From an uncultured Acidobacteriota bacterium (GTDB lineage Bacteria > Acidobacteriota > Thermoanaerobaculia > UBA5066 > DATFVB01): 64,000 nucleotides of DNA. Below, in pieces: positions 10,125 through 19,924 of this stretch. The position numbers were made by a program, and so were the translations under genes. The notes under the pieces were generated by a model. The model was given only the letters and a program-made list of their open reading frames with translations, was not told the origin of the DNA and searched no databases. Numbering within the stretch: the stretch's first letter is position 1; each line of letters begins with the position of its first letter. The DNA is taken from the NCBI GenBank assembly GCA_963813155.1, contig CAWEYG010000002.1:576001-640000 (forward strand), read 5' to 3'.

Positions 10125-10922
10125 TCAGCGGAATACGCAGGTGCGGAAGACCTCGTGCAGCGTCGTTCCGCCCGGGCAGTAGCGCAGGGCCACGAAACCG
10201 AACGCGGCCGCGCCCACGAATGCGACCAGAAAAGGAAAGAGCGTCTGCTTGAAGACGCTCTCCATCCACCCGTCTTCGTGCATGCCGCGCGATGCCTTGA
10301 CGAGTCCCGCCGCCATCGCGGCCTGGAACGCCGCTTCGGAGAGGATCACGGGCGCATGGACGACCAGGATGATCCCCGCGCCCAGGATCCCCGCGACAGC
10401 GACGAGGAAGATGATGAGGATGATCAAGCCGTCTCCGTCAATGTCGAACCCCCCCGAGCCGGACCCGCCCCCGCCGCCACCCGAGTGCGAAACGGGAACC
10501 GCGACCATTCGCGCGGGCGCGTCGCCCTCCTCGAACGTCGCGCTCGCGCCTCCGCCGCCGAACTTCCCTCCGCCCCCGGAAAACATCGATCCCCCGCCCG
10601 ACCCGCCTCCCGAGCCCCCGGAAGAGCCGCCCGGAAAGAGATCGCCGAGGTCGCCGCCCGAGCCCGATTCTCTGCGGCTCCGGGCGCGCATCGCGTACGC
10701 GACCCAGAGGCGGACCATCAGGAAGAAGACGAGGTACGAAACCGCCACGGCGGCCGGGTACCGGACGACGAGCCACCGCACCCCGACGGCATGGAGCGAA
10801 CGGCTCGCGAGCACGCCGGAGAGCAGCACGAGCGACAACATCATCGCCATGTGCAGCCGGATGAAATAGCGGTGCGTGATCCACACGCGAAACCGGTCGT
10901 GCAGCGAGAACGTGTCGGGCAT
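10125..10922 (-). CDS. Membrane protein with Gly-rich linker
   Basis: Several hydrophobic helices; GGGGKFGGGGAS segment. Confidence 0.7.
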   Translation of the reverse strand: MPDTFSLHDRFRVWITHRYFIRLHMAMMLSLVLLSGVLASRSLHAVGVRWLVVRYPAAVAVSYLVFFLMVRLWVAYAMRARSRRESGSGGDLGDLFPGGSSGGSGGGSGGGSMFSGGGGKFGGGGASATFEEGDAPARMVAVPVSHSGGGGGGSGSGGFDIDGDGLIILIIFLVAVAGILGAGIILVVHAPVILSEAAFQAAMAAGLVKASRGMHEDGWMESVFKQTLFPFLVAFVGAAAFGFVALRYCPGGTTLHEVFRTCVFR

Positions 10923-10933
10923 CGGCCCGCGCG

Positions 10934-11416
10934 CTACTTCGCGGGCATCGGCACGAAGACGTACGCGCGCACGGACTCCAGCATCCAGTGCCCGTTCTTC
11001 TTGTGGTAGACGAGCGTCACGTTGTGGCGAAAATCCGGCGCCGGTTTCCCGTCCGGCGTCATCATTCCTGAAACGACTCCGACCCAGTCCGCGACGGCGA
11101 GGTCCTCGCCGATTTCGCGCATCGAGCCCGACTCCACCTTGTACGTGGTCGGCTTCATCACGCCGCCGTGCTCTTCTTCGAAGAGCGCTTCGATCGCGGC
11201 CCGGCCTCTCTCGGCCCTGCCGAACGGGTTGACCAGGTCGCCGTCTTCCGCCCACACCATCGCCATTTTCTTGGCGTCGTGCGCGTTCCACGCCGAAACG
11301 AAGGCGTGCTGGGTCCCCTCGAAGGCGGCTTTCGCGCCGGCGTCGGCGGCGCGGACGGACGAGGGAATTGCTGCAAGGACGACCGCCAGGACGGCGGCCA
11401 CAAGAATCTTTTTCAT
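10934..11416 (-). CDS. Secreted NTF2-like (SgcJ/EcaC, DUF4440) protein
   Basis: Signal peptide MKKILVAAVL; AWNAHDA..WAEDGDLVNPFG..GRAAI. Confidence 0.82.
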   Translation of the reverse strand: MKKILVAAVLAVVLAAIPSSVRAADAGAKAAFEGTQHAFVSAWNAHDAKKMAMVWAEDGDLVNPFGRAERGRAAIEALFEEEHGGVMKPTTYKVESGSMREIGEDLAVADWVGVVSGMMTPDGKPAPDFRHNVTLVYHKKNGHWMLESVRAYVFVPMPAK

Positions 11417-11507
11417 AGACTCTCCTTTTCTTCGGCCAAGCATACAAGAAAGCCCCTGCGCCTTCACGTCTTCACGTCTTCGCCTTTTCCATGAGATCTT
11501 CGCAGGC

Positions 11508-12065
11508 ATGGCCACCAGGGCGACAATCCACAACGTCGACGTCGAGATCTCCGACGTGGATCGGGGCGTGTACGAGTCGCTCGCGCTCTGCCTCGCGCGG
11601 CAGCCGTCCGAAACGGCCGCCTACATGGTCACGCGCCTGCTCGCCTACTGCCTGGAGTACCGCGAGGGGATCGCGTTCACCGAGGGAGTCGCGGCGGGCG
11701 ACCAGCCGGCCGTGCTCGCGCGCGACCTCACCGGCCGGATGACGGCGTGGATCGAAGTCGGCATGCCCGACGCCGATCGGCTGCACCGCGGAGCGAAGGC
11801 GGCCGAGCGCGTCGCGGTCTACACGCAGCGGGACCCCGAGCGGCTCGTCAAGCAGCTCGCCGCCGCGAAAATCCACCGCGCCGCGGAGATCCCGATCTTC
11901 GCGTTCGATCCCGGGTTCGTGGACACGATCGCCGAGTCGATCGACCGCCGCTCGCGAATCTCCCTTTCCGTTACAGAACGCCAACTCTACGTCGAGCTCG
12001 ACGGCCGAACACTCGAGACGAGAATCGCGGAATACCGCATCCCAGAGCGAGCGCCAAGCGCCTAG
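11508..12065 (+). CDS. yaeQ: YaeQ family protein
   Basis: SDVDRGVY..LARQPSET..MVTRLLAYCL..WIEVGMPD. Confidence 0.9.
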   Translation: MATRATIHNVDVEISDVDRGVYESLALCLARQPSETAAYMVTRLLAYCLEYREGIAFTEGVAAGDQPAVLARDLTGRMTAWIEVGMPDADRLHRGAKAAERVAVYTQRDPERLVKQLAAAKIHRAAEIPIFAFDPGFVDTIAESIDRRSRISLSVTERQLYVELDGRTLETRIAEYRIPERAPSA

Positions 12066-13831
12066 GGTCTTCGCGCGAAAACCTGGCGCTCGCTCCCGCC
12101 CTCCTCCAGCTGCAGGCCGGTCACCCGTTGCCCGTCGCTCTGGAACTCGATGAAAAACCCGGGAGGCGCGCCTTCGAGGCGAAAGCGCGTTTTGCTCACC
12201 GCCGCGAGCCGGACGGTCCAGTCTTCGCCCAGCACGGCCTGAAGGATCGTGTCCTGGTGCCGGACGACGAGCTCGTGGCCGTCCGGGGCGACGTACTTGC
12301 CCGCGAACCGGTCGAGCTCGGCGGCGGGAAGATCGATCTCGGCGGCGCGCTCGTCTTTCAATGCGAAGGGTGCCGGCTCGATTTTCGCGACGCAGCTCGT
12401 GTCCAGGCCCTTTTCCGTTCCGCGCTCGACGAGCTCCAGCCCGAGGCGATCGAGGCACTCGGTCCCCTTTTCTCCGTCGAATCCGTGGCCGCCTCCCGGA
12501 ACGACGATGTGTTTCGAGCGCGTGAGGGTCCGTGCCGCGAGCTCGCCCCAGGACGCCGGCGTCACCGGGTCGCGCTCGCCCGACATCAGAAGCGTCGGCG
12601 CATCCGACCGCACCGGTTCGTTGACGTCCGGGGGCGTTTCTCCGCGAGGCCATTCCGCGCACGCGGCCTTCTGCGCCCGAGCGCGAAAATCGCCCAGAAA
12701 AGTCCCCCGCGTCGCCCTCTCGGCTTCGTCGGGCGTGAAGAAGGCGACGTCCTCCGAACAGGTGACCGACAGGTAAAAGCCGTCCGACATCGACGTGGCG
12801 AAGTTGCCGAAGAGATACGCGCTCTCCGCGAGCGGTGCGAGGTCGCCCTGCGCCGCCATGTGGACCTGCAGGGGAATCTGCGCCGCGGTGATCGGCGTGT
12901 AGAGCATGTAGCGGATCGTCTGGGCGGCGGCGATGCGGCCGAGAACGATCTTCAACGGCTTGCCGGTGTCCGGGTCTTTCACGGTCGCTTCCGCCGGCTG
13001 CTTTCCGAGGCGGGCGAGCAGGCCGTCGATTTCTCCCCGCGTGTCCGGAAAAGCCGCGTGGCAGGGCGCCTCTTTCGCGCACGCGGCGAGCACCTGATCG
13101 AGAGCCGTCTGCGCGTCGCGGGCGAAGTACAGGGGACTCCGGGTGCCGGGCGGAACGATGCCCCCGAGCACCGCCGTTCGAACGTGTTCCGGATGCCGGC
13201 GCATGTACTCGAGCGCCGCGTTCGTGCCGTAGGAGCCGCCCTGGACGTTGACGCGATCGTAGCCGAGAGCGCCGCGCACGTCGTCCACGTCGTCCACGGC
13301 CGGGGCCGTCGTGTAGAACCTGAGATCGGCCCGCGGTTCGAGCTCTCGCCGGCAGGCGCGCACCCCTTCGACCGGCAGGAAGCTCTCCAGAAACCCGAGC
13401 ACGCCCGTGTGCCCCTGGAGCGCTTTGCAGTGGAGCCCGTTGGAATCGCCGGTCCCGCGGACGTCGACGAGCACGAGATCGCGCTTTCGATTCACCTCGG
13501 CGCCGGCCGCCGCCTCTCCCGCCGCCGACTGGACGGCCGACTCGCCCGGCCCTCCCTCGAAGAGGAAAACGGGATCGGGCTCCTTTGCGGAGCCTGTCGC
13601 CGGCAGCACGACGACGCGAAGCGAGATCTTTCGTCCGGCGCGCTTCACGCGGTCTTCCCACACCTCGAAGCGCCCGCACCGCACTTCGCGTTCGATTCCG
13701 GGCACCTTGCACGGCGAAAGGTCGAGGTGCGGAGGGTTCGGCCGGGCACTCGGCGCGCCTTTCGGAGTTTCCGCCGCGAGAGCTCCAGCCGCGAGAAACA
13801 GGAAGAGAGCCGGGAAACGAATTTTCTTCAT
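12062..13831 (-). CDS. Secreted alpha/beta hydrolase (TAP-like / tripeptidyl aminopeptidase family)
   Basis: GGPG, DVRGTG, nucleophile GGSYG, D-PVTP, GHG; signal peptide. Confidence 0.88.
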   Translation of the reverse strand: MKKIRFPALFLFLAAGALAAETPKGAPSARPNPPHLDLSPCKVPGIEREVRCGRFEVWEDRVKRAGRKISLRVVVLPATGSAKEPDPVFLFEGGPGESAVQSAAGEAAAGAEVNRKRDLVLVDVRGTGDSNGLHCKALQGHTGVLGFLESFLPVEGVRACRRELEPRADLRFYTTAPAVDDVDDVRGALGYDRVNVQGGSYGTNAALEYMRRHPEHVRTAVLGGIVPPGTRSPLYFARDAQTALDQVLAACAKEAPCHAAFPDTRGEIDGLLARLGKQPAEATVKDPDTGKPLKIVLGRIAAAQTIRYMLYTPITAAQIPLQVHMAAQGDLAPLAESAYLFGNFATSMSDGFYLSVTCSEDVAFFTPDEAERATRGTFLGDFRARAQKAACAEWPRGETPPDVNEPVRSDAPTLLMSGERDPVTPASWGELAARTLTRSKHIVVPGGGHGFDGEKGTECLDRLGLELVERGTEKGLDTSCVAKIEPAPFALKDERAAEIDLPAAELDRFAGKYVAPDGHELVVRHQDTILQAVLGEDWTVRLAAVSKTRFRLEGAPPGFFIEFQSDGQRVTGLQLEEGGSERQVFARRP

Positions 13832-13919
13832 ACGTAACGTTACAACGCAATCGCTTCGGGAGAGTTCCCGAAATCGCGAACCAACGGGTTAGAAATCTCC
13901 CCGGTGGTAGGATGGCCCC

Positions 13920-14339
13920 ATGCTCAAGACATTCGATCCGATCGAAATGACACGTCCCATGCGCGAAGAGCTCGTTCACGCCGGCTTCGAAGAACTGAAG
14001 ACTCCCGAGCAGGTCGACCGGGTCCTTGGCGAGAAGTCCGGCTCCGTCCTCGTATTCGTGAACTCCGTCTGCGGATGTGCGGCCGGGTCCGCGCGGCCGG
14101 GCGTCGTCGCCGCCGTCAAAGGTCTCGCGTCTCCGCCGCGGCTGACGACCGTGTTCGCCGGGCAGGACCGCGAGGCGACGGAGAAGGCCCGCGGATACTT
14201 CCGCAACTTTCCGCCCTCGTCGCCGTCGGTCGTCCTGCTGAAGGACGGCGCGCCCGTTTACATCCTGGAACGCCGCCAGATCGAGGGCCGCTCGCCCGAT
14301 TTCGTCGCCGCCGAGCTGCGGCGCGCCCTCCAGGGCTGA
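13920..14339 (+). CDS. BrxA/BrxB family bacilliredoxin (YphP-like)
   Basis: PMREEL..FVNSVCGCAAGSARPG..TVFAGQD..PPSSPS. Confidence 0.9.
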   Translation: MLKTFDPIEMTRPMREELVHAGFEELKTPEQVDRVLGEKSGSVLVFVNSVCGCAAGSARPGVVAAVKGLASPPRLTTVFAGQDREATEKARGYFRNFPPSSPSVVLLKDGAPVYILERRQIEGRSPDFVAAELRRALQG

Positions 14340-14359
14340 GCCGGGACGGGTCGCCCGAC

Positions 14360-14803
14360 ATGGACCCGGGCGGCACTCGACAACCCTCCGAGCGAAGGAT
14401 CTTCACCGGTCTCGCGATCGCCGGATGGGCGATGTGGTTCGCGATCGCAAAGGGATACAACGGCGAGCGCGAGGGCGACTCCTCCGCCTGGCTCACCTGC
14501 TTCACCCTGTGGGCGCCTGCGTCCTATCTTCTCGTCCTGAACCGGCGCTCCTGGGCGAGGCCCGGCAGGGCCCACTCCCTCCTCATCGCGTCCGCCTCCG
14601 TCTTTGCCCTCGTCGAGCTGATTCTGATCTCGAACTCGGTCCATCTCCTTCCGGGCTTTCTGATCCCGAAGGCCGATCTCCCCGTCTGGATCGGCATCCC
14701 GATCTACTTCGGGGCGATGGGATCTCTCGCGGCGACGCCGCTGCTTGCGGTGATCGTCTTTCTGCAGGGCCGGTCCTCACCCCCGGCCTCAGCGAAGCCC
14801 TGA
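14360..14803 (+). CDS. Hypothetical membrane protein
   Basis: About four hydrophobic segments. Confidence 0.55.
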   Translation: MDPGGTRQPSERRIFTGLAIAGWAMWFAIAKGYNGEREGDSSAWLTCFTLWAPASYLLVLNRRSWARPGRAHSLLIASASVFALVELILISNSVHLLPGFLIPKADLPVWIGIPIYFGAMGSLAATPLLAVIVFLQGRSSPPASAKP

Positions 14804-14843
14804 CTCGTCGTATGATCGGCTCAACATAAGAAAGGAGGCCCCC

Positions 14844-14984
14844 GTGTTGCTCACCATCGGGATCATTCTCCTCATCCTCTGGCTGCTGGGTTTCTTCGCT
14901 TTCCACGTTGGCAGCGGGCTCATCCACATCATTCTGATCGTCGCGGTGATCGTGATCGTCCTGCACCTTATCCGAGGCCGCTGA
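14844..14984 (+). CDS. Small membrane protein, lmo0937/DUF5670-like (not in the ORF track)
   Basis: MLLTIGIILLILWLLGFFAFHVGSGLIHIILIVAVIVIVLHLIRGR; AAAGGAGG SD. Confidence 0.85.
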   Translation: MLLTIGIILLILWLLGFFAFHVGSGLIHIILIVAVIVIVLHLIRGR

Positions 14985-15059
14985 CCGTCAAACCCAAGGC
15001 ATCAAAGCTCGCCCTCGACAGAATTCTCGAGACCTCATTTTTTTCGAAGGAGGGACTCC

Positions 15060-15584
15060 ATGGCCAAGCCCGGAAAATGGTTCTCCGGATTCGTATGCCT
15101 CGCTGTCCTCGGAATCGCGGCCGCCTCGTTCGCGGCCGACGCACCGAAGGCCGACGGCGCGAAAGCCAAACCCGCCATGCACGCGATGGCGAAGCCGGTC
15201 GTGTGGCCGGCCGACAAGCTCAAGTGGGTCGACGCTCCCGGGGTAACGGGCGTGAAAGTCGCGGTCCTGTGGGGAGATCCCGACAAGGGCGCGTTCGGCG
15301 CGATCCATAAGTTCCCCGCGGGCTTCAAAGCTCCCCTCCACACGCACTCGAGCGACCTGCACTGCGTCGTGATCTCGGGCACGATGATCCACGGCGAAGC
15401 GGACGGCTCGGAAACGCGGCTGCCGGCCGGCTCCTACCTGTTCGACCCGCACACCGAGCAGCACACGACCGCGTGCGATGCCGCGAGCGAGTGCGAGATG
15501 TTCGTGCAGGCGACCGGGAAGTTCGACATCCAGATGGTCGGCGCGAAGAAGATGGAAAAGAAGACGGAGAAGAAGGCGAAGTAA
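15060..15584 (+). CDS. Secreted cupin-domain protein (DUF4437-like)
   Basis: Signal peptide; LWGDP..PLHTHS..VISG..PAGSY..H. Confidence 0.82.
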   Translation: MAKPGKWFSGFVCLAVLGIAAASFAADAPKADGAKAKPAMHAMAKPVVWPADKLKWVDAPGVTGVKVAVLWGDPDKGAFGAIHKFPAGFKAPLHTHSSDLHCVVISGTMIHGEADGSETRLPAGSYLFDPHTEQHTTACDAASECEMFVQATGKFDIQMVGAKKMEKKTEKKAK

Positions 15585-15973
15585 ACGCTTCGCTCAGCCC
15601 GAGGAGCGAGCCAGGCCCCGGAGCGGGTCCTCGGCGCCTCCCTCGAGGAGACGCAGCGCGCCCGGCGGTGGCATCAGTCCGTGCGCGCTCCTCGGGCAAA
15701 TTTTTTCGCAAGTGAGCGTCCTCTTGAAGTTCAGGCTTTACCAGCGAAAAAACATACGCTCCTCTCGGGAGGCACCTGCGACTCGCTCTCAGCCCCGCCC
15801 CTGAGCGAAGCCGGCGGAGCGGCCCGGGGCTGACGCACTCCGCGCAGGCTGGTCTTCGAGACCCCGAGGGAAAGCGAACTGCGGCCGAGGGTCGAGAAGA
15901 CTTGCCGAGCGGAGGGCTGGGGCTGGGCGGCGGCGTCGGCGAGCGAAGTCTGACCGTGTAAAATAGCCGGGTC

Positions 15974-17486
15974 GTGCAACTCCGGTACCTCGGATCTCCG
16001 GCGCCTCCCATTCCGACCGCGAAGACACGGGCTTTCCCCGGCTCCCTCGCCGGCGTCCTTGTCGCCGTCGCGCTGTTCGGCGCCTCGCCCCCGGTGCGGG
16101 CCCAGCCCTCCGGTCTCGCACTGTCCGCGAGCTTCGCGGCGGTGACCGACGACGGAGGCGGCGTGCCGCCCGATCCGCAGGGGGCCGCCGGGCCCGAATA
16201 TCTCCTCACGATGACGAACACGCGCTTTGCCGCCCAGCGCAAGGACGGAGCGTTGGCCAGGACCTGGACGCCCGCGCAGTTCTGGGCATCTGTTTCGATG
16301 AACGATCTGCTCTTCGACCCGCGCGTGATGTACGACGCGCTGGCGGGCCGATGGATCGCCGTGATGGCGACGGCCGGCGTCACCTCGGACCCCGCCCTGC
16401 TCCTCGCGGTCTCCGACGGGACCGACCCGACGCAGGGGTGGACCTTCCGGCGGATCCCCGCCGATCCGCTCGGGAACAACGCCGCGGAGTTCCCGCTGCT
16501 CGGGGGAAACGGCCGTTGGATCTGCCTGACGGCGAACCTGATCTCGTTCTCGGGGGATAGCGACGGAGTGGCCGTTTGGGCGATCGAAAAGGCGCCGCTC
16601 TTGACCGGGACGCTGACGTTCACCCGCTTCGTGTTGCCGGATGCGGTCTCTCCCGTGGCGACCCGTCGTGACGCTCGACGCGGACCAGCCGGACGAATTC
16701 CTGCTGGAGCAGTGGTCGGAGAACAACGGCGGCCACGGCCAGCTGGAGTTGTTCCGCGTGACGGACGTCGGCGGAAGCGCGAAACTGAGGACGGTCGCGA
16801 CGATTTCCGCGGCCACGACGTGGGTCGCGCACCCGAACCCGTTCGACGCGCTGCCGCAGGTCGGGACCTCTCGCCTCATCACGGCATCGCAGGACGACGT
16901 CGCGAGCGCGTGTCTGCGAAACGGACAGATCTGGGCCGCGCAGACCGCGACGATTCCCGCGGCGGGAACCATTCCGCAACACTCCGTCGTTCAGTGGTGG
17001 CGCGTCACGACGGGGGGAGCGCTTTCGGGGTTCGGCCGGATCGGCGACGCGTCGGGACAGACCTGGCTCGCGTACCCGAGCGTCGCGGTCAACGCGCGGG
17101 ACCAGGCCGTCATCGGCTACTCGGTCTTCTCGCCGCAGGCGTACGCCTCCGCCGGGTACTCGATCCGGCCGGCGGGAGGGTGCGACGGGCAGCTTTCAAA
17201 GATCCACACGCTCCAGACGGGCCTTGGCGTCTACGTGAAACTCGATTCGACGGGCCTCAACCGGTGGGGAGACCTCTCCGAAACGGTCGTCGACCCGCAG
17301 GACGATCTTTCGATCTGGACGATCCAGGAGTACGCGGCGGCGCCGATCCAGGGCGCGAGCCGCTGGGGAACCTGGTGGGGCGGGTTTTCGCCCGCCGAGG
17401 CGGGGCGAGAAGGGGCGTGCATCGCGCCCGCGCCGGAGCAGGTCCCCGCGGGACTGCACGACCGGATCTCGAGCGGACCGCGGTAA
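15974..17486 (+). CDS. Secreted probable beta-propeller protein (frameshift near 16655)
   Basis: PPDPQGAAGP..FDPRVMYD in the 15974 frame; YPSVAVN..RWGDLS..VDP..WTIQEY in the 16641 frame. Confidence 0.7.
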
Positions 17487-17504
17487 GGGCTCGCTCGACC
17501 CCGA

Positions 17505-18362
17505 TTAGACGCGGTCGAGCAGGACCATTCCCCCCATGCGCCGCATCTCCTCGCGCTTCGCCGCGGGCTGGAGCCTTCCGAGCAGCTTGAAGATCCACCC
17601 CATTTTCATCGTCCGACGCAGGCGAAACGCTTCCTCGATCGTCGAGCGGAACTCGCGCTCTTTCCAGCCGTGCGGCTCGAAGAACTTCGTCCCCTCGGCC
17701 GGAGCGAACTTGAACGGCGCGTTCGCGGAGGAGACGTGCTTGCCGACCTTCCGGTCGAGCATTTTTTTCAAGCGTGGCGACGCAATGTCGATCAACCACT
17801 GGCGCATCGCCGGGGGCGAGTGGAGGTCGTCCGCGAACGCGCCGACCTGCTCCGGAGCAAGGTACGCGAGCAGGCCCTCCGTCACCGTGAGGACGCACTT
17901 GCTCCCCTGCGCCGCGCGCACGAACAGGCCGCGGCGCGCGGCCGTGTCGGTCAGGTCCGCCGCGACCCTCTCGAACCGGCAGACGGGAGTGTCGCCGGCG
18001 AGCTTCTCGGTCTTGTAGGCGAGAATGTCCGGAAGGTCCGCCTCGATCCACCGCAGCGTCTTCGGCAAGGGCAGGCGGTAGGGACGCGTGTCGAGGCCGG
18101 CCGCAAGGTTGAGGACGCAGTCGACGCCCTCCCGCTCGATCGACCGGAGGATGATCTCGTCCATCACGGCCGTTCGGACGATCATCGGCCACGCCAGGCC
18201 GCCGACTTTCATCTTCCGGACAATCGCCTCCCCCCGGTCGCCGACGAGCTTTTTCGCGAGGGGGTCGCGGAAGATCGCGTCGGGGCGCTCGGTCTCCATG
18301 ACCCGGTACTGGGCGACCCAGAGCGCCGTGTCGGAAATGTTGCGGAGGCCGCCGTTTTCCAT
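17505..18362 (-). CDS. SAM-dependent methyltransferase, LCM family
   Basis: ISDTALWVA.YR..E, LAAGLDTRPYRL, EADLP, TEGLLAYL. Confidence 0.88.
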   Translation of the reverse strand: MENGGLRNISDTALWVAQYRVMETERPDAIFRDPLAKKLVGDRGEAIVRKMKVGGLAWPMIVRTAVMDEIILRSIEREGVDCVLNLAAGLDTRPYRLPLPKTLRWIEADLPDILAYKTEKLAGDTPVCRFERVAADLTDTAARRGLFVRAAQGSKCVLTVTEGLLAYLAPEQVGAFADDLHSPPAMRQWLIDIASPRLKKMLDRKVGKHVSSANAPFKFAPAEGTKFFEPHGWKEREFRSTIEEAFRLRRTMKMGWIFKLLGRLQPAAKREEMRRMGGMVLLDRV

Positions 18363-18421
18363 GGATTTCTTGGAATCTTATCCGATTCGGCATAGGATCG
18401 AGGTCCAACAGGGGAAAAACG

Positions 18422-19924
18422 ATTCGAGACTTCGACACGGCCCCCGAGGCCGCCGCCGGGATATTCGAGAGCGAGGAGACGTTTCGCGCGCTCGTCGAGA
18501 CGAGCGCCGCCGCCGTCGTGCTGTTCGACGCGGAAGGAAAGATCCTCTACGCGACACCCGCGACCTCGAAACTCTGCGGCCTGGAGTTCCGGGAAATTCC
18601 CGGCCACCGCGTGACGGAGTTCCTCGAGCCCGCCGACGCCGACGCCGTGAAGGACCTCTTCGAGGAATTTCGCTCCCGGGGCCGCCTCGCGAAAGAAATG
18701 GAGCTTCGCTGCTGCGGGGCCGACGGAACACGCAAGGTTCTCAACTCGGTGTGGGCGAACCGCCTGAAAGATCCCGCGATCTCCGCGATCGTCGCGACGT
18801 TCCGCGACGTGACGGAGTACCGCCGCGGCCTCGCGCTGCAGTCGGCGCTCTACCGCATCGCCGCGAAGGCCAGCTCGGTGGAGGAAATGAGCGAGTTCTA
18901 CGCGTCGATCCACGCGATCGTCGGCGAGCTTCTCGACGCGAAGAACTTCTACATCTCGCTGTACGACCCGGCCGCGGACCTCCTGACGTTTCCGTATTTC
19001 GTCGACGAAAGCGACGAGTCTCCCGCGCCGATGCGGCCCGGCCGGAGCCTCACGGCGCTCGTGCTGCGGAGCGGCCAGCCGCTCTTCGTGACCGACGAAA
19101 CGTTCTACGAGATGGCGTCCCGCGGCGAGGTCGACCTCGTCGGCGCAGCGTCGGCGGACTGGCTCGGGGTTCCGCTCAAGATCGGCGGCAAGACGATCGG
19201 GGTGCTCGCCGTGCAGAGCTACGTGCCGACGACTCGCTACGTCGAGTCGGAAAAGGCCGTGCTCACGTTCGTTTCCCAGCACGTCGCCGCGGCCCTCGAG
19301 CACAAGCGCGCGATCGAGGCGCTGCGGGCCTCCGAGGAGCGGTACCGGCAGCTTTCGGAACGAAACCAGTACCTGGCCTTCCACGACGCGCTCACGGGCC
19401 TTCCCAACCGCGCGCTCCTCGCGGACCGCCTCACGCTCGCCCTTGCCCGCTGTCGGCGGGAAAAGACGGGCCTCGGCGTGCTCTTCGTCGATCTCGACCG
19501 TTTCAAGGACGTCAACGATTTTCTCGGCCACCACACGGGCGACCGGCTGCTCGAGACCGTCGCGCGGCGGCTCAAGTCGTGCGTGCGCGACGAGGACACG
19601 ATCGCCCGTGTCGGAGGCGACGAGTTCGTTCTCGTGTTGAACCGGATCTCTTCCGAAACCGACGCGCGCATCGTGTCGGAGAAGATCCTCAAGGCGATCG
19701 CGGAGCCGATCGAGATCGCCGGCGAACCGTTGCGAGTGAGCGCGAGCATCGGCCTGAGCCTTTTTCCTTATCACGGCGCCGAACCGGAGGATCTCGTGCG
19801 CCGGGCCGACGCCGCGATGTACGCCGTCAAAAGCTCCGGACGCAATGGCTTTCGAGTCGCTCCGCCGCGGCAGCTCGACGGCCGCGACTTCGCGGCCGCG
19901 GAGGGGAAAGAACCATGGCGATGA
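18422..19924 (+). CDS. PAS-GAF-GGDEF diguanylate cyclase (start uncertain)
   Basis: HDALTGLPNR, DLDRFK, RxxD I-site, GGDEF; the frame continues upstream of 18518 (ESEETFRALVE) without a canonical start. Confidence 0.88.
   Translation: MRDFDTAPEAAAGIFESEETFRALVETSAAAVVLFDAEGKILYATPATSKLCGLEFREIPGHRVTEFLEPADADAVKDLFEEFRSRGRLAKEMELRCCGADGTRKVLNSVWANRLKDPAISAIVATFRDVTEYRRGLALQSALYRIAAKASSVEEMSEFYASIHAIVGELLDAKNFYISLYDPAADLLTFPYFVDESDESPAPMRPGRSLTALVLRSGQPLFVTDETFYEMASRGEVDLVGAASADWLGVPLKIGGKTIGVLAVQSYVPTTRYVESEKAVLTFVSQHVAAALEHKRAIEALRASEERYRQLSERNQYLAFHDALTGLPNRALLADRLTLALARCRREKTGLGVLFVDLDRFKDVNDFLGHHTGDRLLETVARRLKSCVRDEDTIARVGGDEFVLVLNRISSETDARIVSEKILKAIAEPIEIAGEPLRVSASIGLSLFPYHGAEPEDLVRRADAAMYAVKSSGRNGFRVAPPRQLDGRDFAAAEGKEPWR

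Noticed and set aside
15890-15907. Cobalamin riboswitch (GAGAAGACTTGCC resembles the B12 box)
   Set aside because: The 5' core elements are absent and the downstream gene has no B12 link
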